In this document: piece after piece, positions 27,201-38,155 of the stretch
How positions within the stretch are numbered: position 1 is the stretch's first letter
Layout: each line of letters begins with the position of its first letter
Origin: Chrysemys picta bellii
Lineage: Eukaryota
Length of the DNA stretch: 64,000 nucleotides
Direction of reading: 5' to 3'
NCBI RefSeq assembly: GCF_011386835.1
Contig: NC_088796.1
Coordinates: 130,138,001-130,202,000, forward strand
Translations under genes and position numbers: made by a program
Notes under the pieces: generated by a model
The model's database searches: none
What the model saw: only the letters and a program-made list of their open reading frames with translations
Told to the model about the DNA's origin: nothing

Positions 27201-28686
27201 TAAACACGAGTTGTCAACATCCTCTTGTCAAAATATACAAAGCAAACATCCTTAAATCAAACTCAAGCAGCATTTTTCTTACTCTGCTATTATGTGTGTA
27301 TGTGTGTGCTTGTGGTGAAATTGACATTTATCAATATCTACTGGTAAAAATGTAATGCTTCCAAGCCTAGCCATAAGGTTCTTCTGGCCAGATTAGGCCC
27401 TCAGTTACACTTGTACAAGCCAATTGCCGCCTTCCATTTGCACAGGTATAACTGGTTGGAACTGGGTAAACTGTTTTTTGCAAGAAGAAATAGAATCTAG
27501 CTCACTGAAAACTGACTTCAGAATGCTAATAGGAGCCAAAAGTTGTAAAAACATTTTTTCCTCACTGAAGTCAGCATGAATCAGTACATGCAGGGAGCAG
27601 GTCTGTGGAATTAGAAGGTGCCACTTTTTTATATTTTTCAAGTGAAACCGCCCTTAAGAATAGGTTTCCCTAAATTCAGGGGAGGTATTTTATTATTGGA
27701 ACACTGACAGTTCAATAACATTAATCCTATGATACTTTTATCACTGAGTTTATTTTTTTAATACTTATCGAGCGCTCTTTCACTAAATGCTGAATGAAGC
27801 CTCCGTAGAGAGGGAAATAGTGATGGTTTGCTTTAGAGAAATACGAATGATAAGAATACATTTCTTAATAGCTGTATCAGAAGACTGTGCATTCAGCTCT
27901 TATAAATAAATCCCTATTTCCCCTTATAAATACATCCTTATAAATACTTTGTTACAGCACTGTATTTTGTTTTAATACTTAATACTTGTTTCCCTGGCTG
28001 TGTGGATATGTATATTCAGAAATACAAGTGGTCTGAAAACAGCTTTTGTGTAATGAACGTATATATGCTTTTTCCAATATATAAAATAGGGAAAATCCTA
28101 AAATAAATTTGGGGGAGAGGAGGGAAAGACTTAAAAATGTTTGAATTAGACATTCATAGAAGTGTAGAGCTTAAAAAATTGATTGGTTAGGTGTAACTAT
28201 AGTGCAGGCAAGTGTCCCCTCACAGACTCATCCTTTTCCTGCTATTACATTAGAGCTAATACTGTTATGGACTCTGCTTCTCAATGAATCAGCAATGTCC
28301 ACTGAAGACTAGAATGAGACCACCAAATTGCTTTTCACCTGTGAACGCAGTCAGAATTTGTCTGTAGCTGGTTTTTCTCACCTAAAGTCCATATTGATGA
28401 TACTGCTTTATTTTATGTCTCTGATGATTTTCCACAGGGAGAAAAGGAATCTGCCATTTACTCCTATTCTGGCATCAGTAAATCGTCTTGTCTGTTACCA
28501 CCTAGGAACAGTGGCAAAAGGTTCTTTCATTATCACATTAGTGAAGATTCCACGAATGATCCTTATGTATATTCATTCCCAACTCAAAGGAAAAGTAAGG
28601 GAAACCTACTTCTTATTAAAATACTGGGTTCCAAATGCTTGAAATTTGATCCTAAATTTTGACCAAAAAGTAAGAGTGTGAGTGTG

Positions 28687-28732
<46 letters not shown>

Positions 28733-31700
28733 CATGAAACTTAAGGGCTGATTTCAGAATATTCAGCCCTTAAAGTATAGCCCATGCATTTGAATGTAAT
28801 GGTCGTCCATGTTCTTTGTCCTTTGGGTTTTTTTTAATGTACCTGTTTTTTTCCCCCCCTGTTGCCATGCTAGGAAAATGCCTGTGCTCGATGTATGCTG
28901 AAAGCTTGCATCTGCTGCCTTTGGTGTCTAGAAAAGTGCCTGACTTACTTAAATCAGGTAAGATTTTATATATTTTGACTTTTTATATAAAGGCTGACAA
29001 CTTATGTGATTGAGGAAGGCTAGTCTGAAACCAGAAGATGGGGTAATTTTTTCCTTAAGTTGACACATGTTAAATTGTACTTTGGAACTTGATTGAACCT
29101 ATGTACTTCAGTCATGTCCCCATTACTGAAATTAAAGTACATTGTGATCTCACTGAGGCTCATTACATTCGTCCTCATTTACAGCGCCTGTGTGAAAAAT
29201 TGTCCCAATTCCTCTTTCTGGAAAAGACATTTTGTCCTTTAAAAATGACTAATTGTGTCTAAGCAATATAGCATTAGATTTTAATGGTTGAATACAACCC
29301 TCCCAGCACCCACTTTCCTCAGGTACATTTAAGTTTGAAAGTGTATATATGGTAACAGAGTGTGGAGCTTTTCTCCTTTTTAATATTTAAGCATCACATA
29401 TTTGAGAAAATGTATTTAGAATCATAGACTTTAAGGTCAGAAGGGACCATTATGATCATCTAGTCTGACCTCCTGCACAACGCAGGCCACAGAATCTCAC
29501 CCACCCACTCCTGTAATAAACCCCTAACCTGTGTCTGAGCTATTGAAGTCCTCAAATCATGGTTTAAAGACTTCAAGGTACAGAGAATCCTCCAGCAAGT
29601 GCCCCATGGCCCAGAGGATTCTCTGTACCTTGAAGTCTTTATTTCTTTTAAGTCACTCTCTTCTTTTAAGGCTATGTCTACACAGCAGATGGGAGGTGCG
29701 TTCCCATCTCAGGTAGATGTATACACACTAGTTCTGCTTGACTAGTGTGCTAAAAATAGCAGGGTAGTTACGGCAGGTTGGGCTAGTGCCAGAGTCTAAC
29801 CATGTCTGAGATCCTAAGTATGTACTCGGGTGGCTAGCCCAAGGTGCCACCTCGGCTGCCACGCTGCTATTTTTAGCATGCTAGCTTGAGCAGAGCTGTC
29901 ACGGGTACATGGACCTGAGCTGAGAAATATACCTCCCAGCTTCTGTGTAACATTCTCTAAAGAAGGGAAATGACTGTGAATTGTGATGGGTTGTTTAGTC
30001 ATATCTGTTTCCTTGTGGGAGAGCTGTGCTGTAATCTATTAATATAGATCTCTCTTTTACTATTGTTCAATTTGTTTCTCAAATTTGAGACAAACATTTT
30101 GTGTAATGGAGCTCCTCCATCTTTGATTTCATAAACCTACACAATTGAGCTCGCTCACAAAGATATCTGGGTTCACACTCTCCCATTGGGTCAGATTAAA
30201 GCCACACAGAACTTGTACTCCTTGTAGAACCACAAGATATGTTTTTGGAAGCTGCCTTATTTGATGCTTGGTTTTCAGAGGGGTGATGAAACTAACAGAC
30301 AAAACCTTACAGCATACCATAAAGTTCTAGCCTGGGCGTAGTCCTGGCCTGCCGTCAGCAGGCCTTGTTTTTGAATGGTCTTGATGAAGATCATTAGTAA
30401 AGTGTGTAATTATTGGAAATTGTCTTTGTTACCCTTGACTTACGTATTCAGTGATGCTGGACAGAACTAGAAATGCTTTCTTTTTCAACATCTAGAAAGC
30501 AACTTCTCTGAAACAGGTGACCCTCAAACTATTGTATGTCCTGAGAGAGAGAGATTTTTGTCCAGCTGCTTATCGTGGTAGTAATGCCGTTGCTCACCTC
30601 CTACTCCTGCAGAGAGATTCCAAATTCTTTTTCCATTAGCATTTTGGTGTGAAACTGACATATATGTGGCAAGAATAAGCAAGGCAGGTGGAAAAATGGT
30701 TATTCCCTCCGATATTGTTCTCTGTCTATTGATTCAACCACTCCGCTGGGGGGACTTGGTTTAGCAGCTTCAAGGTGAGCAGTGACTGTCTCAAGATCCA
30801 GCACAAACCCTTGCCTTTTTGGTATATGAAATCAGCAGTGAGCATGGACGGGATTTTTCATTACACAGTTCCTTTCCTCCCTAATTCTGGGATGGGGCTG
30901 ATTGTCTTGAAAGTGAGTGTCATGTTACTGAGTCCTCATTATTTCTTGATTAGATTTGTACCTTTAAAGATCTCTTATTAAATAAAGTGTCTCATGACAT
31001 TGTGCTTTCTGTTGTGGAAGGGGATGGGAGGAGAAAGTCTTGTTGCCGTAACAGATGATTTCTTGGTAGGTAGGTAGATATTGGGAACATGAGCTGTGGG
31101 GAACGTTGAAGGAAAGGGGACAGAGTGTCTGTGACTAATTCTTCATTTTGCTTCCCCCCAGAATGCATATACAGCCACAGCTATCAACAGCACCAACTTC
31201 TGCACCTCAGCAAAGGATGCCTTTGTCATTCTAGTGGAGAATGCTCTGCGAGTGGCTGCTATAAACACAGTGGGAGACTTCATGTTGTTCCTGGGAAAGG
31301 TATGCCGAAGGGGTGTACTGTTACAGACCTGAAACAAGTCTGCTTGCTCTCAGAAACCTTCCCTGTTGCTTGAGCTCCAGCTACAATGTGCCTCTGAGCG
31401 CTTGTTTTCCCACTGCCTACTGCTGTGACCCATCCCATCCTGCTGCTTCTGCTCAGGAACATGGTTTAGAAGGAATTGAGCAGGAAAGGGGAGTGTAAAA
31501 GAACCTCTGGATGGTGGTGAGTGAGACAGGTCAGAAAGTGCACGTTGCCGGGGTTCAGCTGAAACTTCCAATTTCTTGTCATCAAAAATGTTCTGGCTTT
31601 TGGTTCCTTTGGCAACTGAAAAGCTGAAAAAAGTCTGGCCAGGAGTTTTTGGTTTTCCAATGAAAAATCTAAAATGTAAGGAAAGCAGACACTTCCCCTA

Positions 31701-34700
31701 ACAACTTGTTTAATCAAACCCTCAATTTTCCTTCAGAAAGAAGTTCATATATTTTCGACCACCCCTCGTAGTAGGGGTGGAATGGGAGGCAGCGGGACCT
31801 TGTATTGGCAGCTGTGAGTTGCCCAAGTGGGAGTAAAGAGGAAAAAGTTGGGACCAAGTATATTCCAGGGTAGAAAGATTACTAAGCACTGTTGTTGCAG
31901 CTCAGTTTTCTATTTCTTTAGGAAAAACCAGAACCCAGTAAGTTACTGTTACACCTGGGCTGACTTTTTGTGTTCTTATTTACTAACCTACTAAATGCTA
32001 GTCCCACTGCATCAGCTGTAGCCCCACAAGTACCCGTCAGCTTTGGGGCCCTTCATGGAATGAACTGTCTATCCTCCGTGCACGTCTCTCCGTGTAATAA
32101 ATCAGATTACAGTGGGCTGAACTCTAAGTGTGGTTTTCTAATCCAGTAAATAAACTAATCAATACAGAGTGATGGGAATGAGCACATAATGAAGATACAG
32201 GTGCCTTGGGGGTATTGAAGTGAACACTGCAGTTCTCTGGAGTAGTCTAACATTCTAGGAAATGTCTCCATGAAAAAATGGCCTTCACATCATTGGATGA
32301 ACAGAACGGTGTCAGTAATGCTTAAATAAGCGGTGCAAACTACCAAACAACAGTGTTAGCTCTATGCTGCTGCCTGGCCAACCCAGCTCTTCTTTCAGCC
32401 TAATTCAATATCTGAATAATACAGTGGAAACTGACCTATTTTGCAGTGTTTGATTTTTAAATGCAGAGGCATGGTGTATTGTTCATAAAAACTACATTGA
32501 CACCTAGTATGACGTTTCTTAGAGCCACTCATGCTAATTTTTGGGAAACTACCTGAAAGATATGTAGAAATGCCTTGCGCCGTTAAAATCAGAGTTAGAA
32601 ATAATGCTTAGTTTACAGTGGGGCCCTAGTACACAAGGTCATTCTTAGCAGCCTTCCTGTTGCAAATAGGAGGGACTGGAACAAGCTGAAGGGATATTTT
32701 GACTAAGTGTGTGTCTGCAAGCAAAATTATTATAAAGCATATTAATTGGTGGATCTGGTTATATTAATTTTTATATTGTGTACAAAGTACAGACCTAGAA
32801 CTGATTCCTGACCCGAGGAGTATATAATTTGAATAAACCGACAACACAACAGAGTAAGGTTCTGTCTTTTTTTTTTTTTTTCCCTGGAGCAATGGGTGAG
32901 TGGCAGGTTTGTATTTATTTATGTGATTAGCTTTGGGGCTTTGAAGAGATGGTATTCTTCTCTGTGCAGGCCCAGCATTGAAAACAGCTCTGGCTGGATC
33001 CAGCAGTATGTGGGGTTTTAGAAGCATTTAGTGTCTTGTGGTGGAATCAGTGACATAGTAGCATCCAGTTCTCCTATACCTGTGAGACTAAAGTGTGTGC
33101 GCATATACATGAAAAATAATCCAACGGGTTCTGCAATCCTTCTTGTCTTTCTGTTTTCTTTGCTTCAGGTACTGATCGTTTGCAGCACAGGCTTGGCGGG
33201 GGTTATGTTGCTGAACTACCAGAGGGATTACACAGTGTGGGTGCTGCCTCTCATCATCGTCTGCCTCTTTGCTTTCCTGGTTGCTCACTGCTTCCTGTCA
33301 ATTTATGAAATGGTCGTGGATGTCCTCTTCTTATGTTTTGCCATTGATACAAAATACAACGATGGAAGCCCTGGTAGAGAATTCTACATGGATAAAATTC
33401 TCATGGTAAGTTAGTTTTCCTCCCCTCTCCCTTGAGTCAAAGGAACTCTACTGTTGATAGAGAATTTAGTGCACGCTTCTGATGCCATTCAGCAGAAAAA
33501 TCCCAGGGTCAGCCTTTTTTAAAGACCTTTCTCTTGGGTCCAGAAGAAAGTATGACTAACGTCAGTAGTGCCCAGGTTGGGGTTTCTTACCCAGACCGGC
33601 AGACCAGCCTTTGCTCAGACAGCGTCTCTCCTAGTCCTCAAATAGCAGCACTTACAGTCCCTCCCTGAGTACGGGTCTGAGCCCGAGTTGCTATTAGCAT
33701 CTCATTTGACAGGGACAAAGTAGGCCATGTTACGGTTACACTATGTCTACACTGGAGACCTACAGGGGCACAGCTGTACCCGTGCAGCTGCCCCACTATC
33801 AGAACGGCTACACCACAGACCTATGCCAACAGGAGAGAGCTTTCCCGTCGACAGAATTAAACCACCCCCAATGAGTGGCGGGAGAAGCTGTGCACCCGAC
33901 CACTTAGGCCGGTGAAACATATGTCGCTGAGGTGTGTGGGTTTTTTCACACCCCAGAGTGACATACGTTTTGCTGACATAAGTGGTAGTGTAGACGTGGT
34001 CTTAGTTTCTTAATTTAGATGTTCCCCCTCATCCCCCCCATGTACATCTGATGTACTAGAAATGGGGAAGTAAAAATCCTCTTAAAGCCAACATTAGACT
34101 GAATTCAGTGCTAAGAGAGAATTTCCTTGCTCCTGTTTCTCTACCTGCTCTGCATAGCAGCCATGAAGTCCATTCCTCACTTCACATGAAATGTATTCTC
34201 ATGCATAAACCAGAGACAGACTCAAATCCAATTATTCTTAACATTCTGATTTCTGAATACTTGTTGGGAAGTGTGTCAGGATTTTAACCCTAAACCTCTG
34301 TTGTGTAGTGCTTTAGGTTGTATAGTACGTAATACTAGCTGATCCCATTGATATCAAATGTAGAATAATAATTGAAAATACCTTACACTCACGTAGCACA
34401 GGTAATTTAGTAAGATCACGATATATAATCTAGCACAAGAAATTTAGAAAGATCACACTGTGTGCGCGTGCGTGTGTGCAGAGAATCAATGTTCAGATTG
34501 GCCACAGAATTGTAAACAAAGGGATGCGGTAGATATCAAAGTACATGGCATGGAACTTCCTACCTGATGCCTTCACCTTTACAATAGAAAGATGTATTGA
34601 AATACTACAGAACTATAGCATATCTGCTGATATCTTTAATAGCAGGGTCTAATGCCTGGCTGCTTCCATTTGATGTTATAACAAATGGGAAAGGCAGTGT

Positions 34701-37700
34701 CCATGGCGGGGGGGAAATCTCACAAGACGAGACCCTGGATGTGGAAAAGTTTTGAGAAGTTGGGTTCTGAGGGATTAAGGAAAACTAGAAGGCATTGCTA
34801 GAAGTAAAAACAAAATCCCTGTATATTTTTTTCTATTACAACGGCTTGATAGAGCTGTAACACTACATACTGTTTTCACTGGACAGACTGTAGTGGCTGG
34901 GGTCTGTATTTATTTTGTGCCAGTCATCAGAATGTGGATGCCAGGGATGGGTGGGGGGGATGGTTAATACTGTCTGTAAGGATCTTTTGAGTGCCAAAGG
35001 GGTAAGAGACGGAGGGAGGCGGTATCTCTTGTTTTTGTGTTCACTTCTTGGGGCAGAACAGATTACTTTTTGTGACATTGTCAGGGAATTTTATATGTGA
35101 GCCATAGGCTTGCACATTCCCTGGATGCTTCAGTATACAACCAGTGGAAGAAAGATTAAGCCACTTGACTTATTTTGCAGGAATTTGTGGAGAACAGTAG
35201 AAAATCAATGAAAGAAGCTGGCAGGGGAGGTGGAGCTGAAGGCAGAGAGCTAAAACCAATGGTAGGTGCAGATGAGGAGGTGGCCATCCTCCAAGAATTT
35301 CACTTTTACTTCCTCTCCCTCTCTGTCTTTACTGACTGCACTTCTTCAGGGGAAGTTTTTGTTCTTTGTATCACTCAAGATGTTCTGCTTTTTCTGTTTG
35401 TGAGCTTGCCTATCACCTGGATGGCAGAGTTTTTGTCACAGCTGAGACCATCTCCTGTAAAAGTAAGCTGAAAGGAACTGTATCTTGTGACATAGAACTA
35501 CAGTGGAAGAGTCAGTTGAATTAGGATCAGGATTGCAGCAGTGCCCACAACATACTAGGTGGTACATACAGAAGATCTGTGGGGCAGGGAGTGTAATTAA
35601 TTACTATCATAGCCCAACTTACTCCTCTTTCCATTGGTGAACTAAATTCTTAATTTTGCATTCAGCATAAAAGCCTGAAGGACACTTGTGAGCTGTATCC
35701 TAAAACAATGGGGCCATGCACTTCAGGGTCATACCAAATTATGTTAAACTGTGGCGAGGGATTGGATACAGTGATTCCTTTCAACCTGCTTAAAATAACA
35801 TTTCTCCCAGTTGTTTGTTTTTTATTGCTAACTATTTATGTTGCTGTCTCTTGCGCTCTCTATTTCCATCTCACATTGTCAGATACAGGGACAATGCATC
35901 ACTTATGCTTCTGAAGTCTTAACCACCACCTGTTTTCACTTACGCTGTGCCTGTTTGAAAGGCATTGCATGTTTAAGTATCCTGTAATAAGGAACATCTG
36001 TAACTAATACAGATAATGGAGTTATCCATCTTGCAAGGTGAGCTTGGGACTCGGAGAACTGGGAGCCAGGCTTTCTGTGTATAAAAGATGGGCAGGTATG
36101 ACTGAACTAGGTAGAGATGAGTCTGTTAATACTGACACTAGAACAGTGCCATAGGGTATAGTGGGGTTTATGTTGATTCTTCCAACAGTAGGTAGTAACG
36201 CTCTTAAATCATAAAAAGTAATGAAATCCAAATACATTTCCTTACAGTAGAAAATTCCTTTTTAATATGGCATATATAAAGCCATGCTGTGCCAGCACTT
36301 TGATCTAGAAAGATTGAATTCCTGCTCTCTGATTAACCCTGGAGCTGTGAGGAGTGTTATGCTAAGTTATGTATACAATCAGTTCTAGCATATCAACCTA
36401 GATTATAAATAGTCTTTCATTATTATTGGGAGGAATAGCTCAGTGGTTTGAGCATTGGCCTGCTAAACCCAGGGTTGTGAGTTCAGTCCTTGCGGGGGCC
36501 ATTTAGGGATCTGGGGCACACAAAAAAACCAAACTGTCAGGGACAGTATTTGGTCCTATTAGTGAAGGCGGGGGACTGGACTTGATGACCTTTCAAAGTC
36601 CCTTCCAGTTCTATGATATATATATCTCCATATATATTAAATTATTATTATTATTATTTTATTATGGGTGCCAAGATCTCGTTACTGTTGTCGTCTCTAG
36701 AATTGTGCAGAGTAATTCCCATGCACAACTTCCACAGCGTATAGACACTTAGTCCAGTGACAGTGGTTTGGCTCACTTATTGTGACCTGTGTGGTTTCGT
36801 TCCCTTGCACAGCCTTCTGGAAGGCCAACATTTTAGCTATGACTGGCCTTTCTCCACCTTAAAGTATTTGTTAAAGCATAAGTGCTGTTGTATAGCTAAA
36901 TATAGGATAAGAACGTTTTCATATGTATGATCTACCATTTTCTTCAAGGAGTAATTCCAACTAAGTGAACATTAGAAGCTACTGCTGGGATTTTCAAATC
37001 TATCAAAGGGTATTCACAGCTGTGCAAATCCTCTAAGCAGCCTTGAAAGTCCTAACCTAAAGCTTTTTACTCCACTCCCAATTCAGAGTACTGCTTTACA
37101 TCAAGTAGTGTCCTAAGAACATCCACCTTATAGCTAGTGCACACTGCGAAAGATGCTAAAAGCTGTTGGTCCAGCACTTTGGGGCTTCAGCTCGGTTCCT
37201 CAGCCGTATTTGGGTACCTGTGAAGACAGGCTGAGCGTCCACACTGCCACAGCCTTCAGAGGGAGCTAGGCATGCTCAGCACCCTTGGAAGTCAGGCCTC
37301 TTGTTTAGGAACCTAACTTTAGGCCACTCAGGTTTTGAAATTTATCTTTTAGTCCCTTACAGAGGATTGCTAGAGAGATGGTGTGAGCCTGGGACAGGAA
37401 GGCAGGAACTCCTACATTGTATTTTCAGTTCTGATGCTAACTTGGTTGTCTTCCACAAATCATCGGGCCATATTTTCTGAAGTGGCTTCCAAATTTTGGG
37501 TGCCTAATTTCAGCTGCATGGAGTCCAGAAAAGCAGGAATTGAACCCTAATATGAATAACAAGAACATGCAGAGCTCTAGTAGTTAGTGCTGACCTTTCG
37601 GAAAGGATCTAAAACCTCGTGCCACAGGGTTGAAGCTCATCTCTAACTATTAGAGAGTAGGATAAAACCTTCATGTGGGGGACGGGCAGATTATCCCACG

Positions 37701-38155
37701 TCTGCCTACTGTGAAGTTTGTTGCACCTTTCTCTGAAGGCCATTATCAGAGACGGTACTGGACAAGATGGACCATAGTTCTGATCTGATCCAGCATTTCC
37801 TCTCTTCCTAAAGTTGCGTACCCAAAAATTAAAGGCCACTTTGGGGAGTTTGGGCCTTCACTGCTTTGCCTCGGTTCCCTCATTTATAAAGTAGAGGGAA
37901 TCTCTCTCAAAAGTATGGAGGATTAGTTCAGAAAATTAAATGGCTACCTAGAATTACACTTCTTAAAAATCTGAGTGGAAACATTTAGGAGTTGTCATTT
38001 CTAAAGAGACTGTCTAGGTTCAAGAACAAGACTTTTCAAACTTTACTATTTGTAGTGATCCTTTTGGATCAATTTCTTCAATTGTCCATTGACATGTGTC
38101 TAAGACTGTACTGTATGACTTTGTTTTCTAGGCCTCTGGAGCAAGTTCATCTTGA
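9150..38155 (+). CDS. SLC44A1: SLC44A1 / choline transporter-like protein 1 (CTL1), spliced CDS, 5'-partial (exons 5-16 by human numbering; exons 1-4 not found in the window)
   Basis: Twelve exons joined by hand: 9150-9243, (gap)-15502, 18129-18218, 20180-20319, 21131-21317, 24840-25005, 28438-28594, 28874-28957, 31162-31299, 33169-33405, 35181-35261, 38132-38155. Visible junctions are GT-AG and phases are compatible. The translation matches CTL1 as I recall it (e.g. [34 protein letters not shown]; [25 protein letters not shown]; ELKPMASGASS). Confidence 0.98.
11480..12847 (-). mobile_element. CR1 LINE, 5'-truncated (about 1.37 kb), with ORF2 RT C-terminal region
   Basis: Minus-strand ORF 11684-12739 (351 aa) with [10 protein letters not shown] and [10 protein letters not shown] motifs and CR1-type C-terminal YCVQ.WSPH and [12 protein letters not shown]. 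3' tail (TTCTTATG)n at 11480-11500. Probable 7-bp TSD ATGAGTT (11473-79) / ACGAGTT (12848-54). Confidence 0.97.
15260..15463. other. Assembly gap (204 N)
   Basis: Run of N from 15260 to 15463. Confidence 1.
15464..15502 (+). CDS. SLC44A1: SLC44A1 exon 6, visible 3' 39 nt (5' part lost in the N gap)
   Basis: GC AAA GAG ATT ATA ATG GGA CTT TGC TTG TTA TCA CTA G|gtaatt encodes [12 protein letters not shown]. The phase-1 donor matches the phase of exon 7. Confidence 0.93.
16519..17046. mobile_element. hAT-type non-autonomous element
   Basis: TIRs TAGGACCCTAACAAATTCATGG / CCGTGAATTTGATAGGGCTCTG and 8-bp TSD TTTATTAG / TCTATTAG (7/8), with a GC-rich core. Confidence 0.87.
18129..18218 (+). CDS. 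SLC44A1: SLC44A1 exon 7 (90 nt)
   Basis: ttctgcag|TG ... CTTG|gtaagt; (V)[29 protein letters not shown](G). Confidence 0.97.
20180..20319 (+). CDS. SLC44A1: SLC44A1 exon 8 (140 nt)
   Basis: aacatag|GA ... ACG|gtaagt; [47 protein letters not shown]. Confidence 0.97.
21131..21317 (+). CDS. SLC44A1: SLC44A1 exon 9 (187 nt)
   Basis: ctctcctcag|GTT ... ACAG|gtatgt; [62 protein letters not shown](G). Confidence 0.97.
22777..23011. mobile_element. PIF/Harbinger-like MITE
   Basis: Termini GGGCTGGTCTACA / TGTAGACATAGCC with 3-bp TSD TTA/TTA. Same family as 33739-34001, in the opposite orientation. Confidence 0.82.
24840..25005 (+). CDS. SLC44A1: SLC44A1 exon 10 (166 nt)
   Basis: tgttcctag|GT ... 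ACAAG|gtgaga; [56 protein letters not shown]. Not in the ORF track. Confidence 0.97.
25638..25876. mobile_element. Degenerate AT-rich DNA-transposon MITE (hAT-like termini)
   Basis: Termini CAGTGTT / AACACTG, but no clean TSD. A related sequence (gctgagattctc, gggctagag..ttt) occurs at about 50235-50457. Confidence 0.5.
26626..26805. mobile_element. Tc1/mariner (Tigger-like) MITE, second copy
   Basis: TIRs CACCTCTACCCCG / CGGGGTAGAGGTG with TA flanks. The interior is the reverse complement of the 1756-1926 copy (ggatcaaagcaagttcgatataa; gtaagattttttgg). Confidence 0.88.
27021..27369. mobile_element. hAT-type MITE, same family as 8362-8751
   Basis: Termini TAAGCTTGGCAG / CTTCCAAGCCTA and TSD GTCATAAG / GCCATAAG (7/8). 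Shares internal blocks with the first copy (ttttgatggataatat; caaaatatacaaag; ctcaagcagcatttt). Confidence 0.85.
28438..28594 (+). CDS. SLC44A1: SLC44A1 exon 11 (157 nt)
   Basis: tccacag|G ... AAA|gtaagg; [52 protein letters not shown]. Confidence 0.97.
28674..28731. repeat. Compound microsatellite (GAGTGT)n(GT)n in the short intron 11
   Basis: About 3-4 GAGTGT units followed by an uninterrupted GT run, read directly from the sequence. Confidence 0.97.
28874..28957 (+). CDS. SLC44A1: SLC44A1 exon 12 (84 nt, Cys-rich loop)
   Basis: atgctag|GAA ... CAG|gtaaga; [28 protein letters not shown]. Confidence 0.97.
29417..29610 (-). mobile_element. Short CR1 3'-end fragment
   Basis: Reverse-complement CR1 3' end: tagaatcatagactttaaggtcagaagggaccattatgatcatctagtctgacctcctgcac. 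Related scrap at about 44349-44545. Confidence 0.85.
29670..29957. mobile_element. PIF/Harbinger-like MITE (right end degenerate)
   Basis: Left terminus GGCTATGTCTACAC, right terminus gtgtaacattctc, with TAA on both sides. Confidence 0.7.
31162..31299 (+). CDS. SLC44A1: SLC44A1 exon 13 (138 nt)
   Basis: cttccccccag|AAT ... AAG|gtatgc; [46 protein letters not shown]. Confidence 0.97.
33169..33405 (+). CDS. SLC44A1: SLC44A1 exon 14 (237 nt)
   Basis: tgcttcag|GTA ... ATG|gtaagt; [79 protein letters not shown]. Confidence 0.97.
33739..34001. mobile_element. PIF/Harbinger-like MITE
   Basis: Termini CACTATGTCTACACT / AGTGTAGACGTGGTC with TSD TTA/TTA. The interior is the reverse complement of 22777-23011. 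Confidence 0.82.
35181..35261 (+). CDS. SLC44A1: SLC44A1 exon 15 (81 nt)
   Basis: tattttgcag|GAA ... ATG|gtaggt; [27 protein letters not shown]. Confidence 0.96.
35262..35471 (+). CDS. SLC44A1: Candidate alternative C-terminal extension of SLC44A1 (in-frame read-through of the exon-15 donor, 69 aa + TGA)
   Basis: Frame stays open for 69 codons after the donor: [69 protein letters not shown]. An internal phase-0 donor-like AAA|gtaagc sits at 35462/35463. Expression cannot be shown from DNA alone. Confidence 0.55.
   Translation, partial: VGADEEVAILQEFHFYFLSLSVFTDCTSSGEVFVLCITQDVLLFLFVSLPITWMAEFLSQLRPSPVKVS
36428..36632 (+). mobile_element. Turtle tRNA-derived Pol III SINE with CR1-derived tail
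   Basis: A box TAGCTCAGTGG and B box GTTCAGTCC. Body gcattggcctgctaaacccagggttgtg. CR1-like tail ggactggacttgatgacctttcaaagtcccttccagttctatgata, then an AT-rich run. Confidence 0.92.
38132..38155 (+). CDS. SLC44A1: SLC44A1 terminal coding exon (CTL1a-type C-terminus ASGASSS*)
   Basis: ttgttttctag|GCC TCT GGA GCA AGT TCA TCT TGA, phase 0. Matches the ASGASSA* end of mammalian CTL1a as I recall it. Confidence 0.93.
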   Translation, partial: ASGASSS

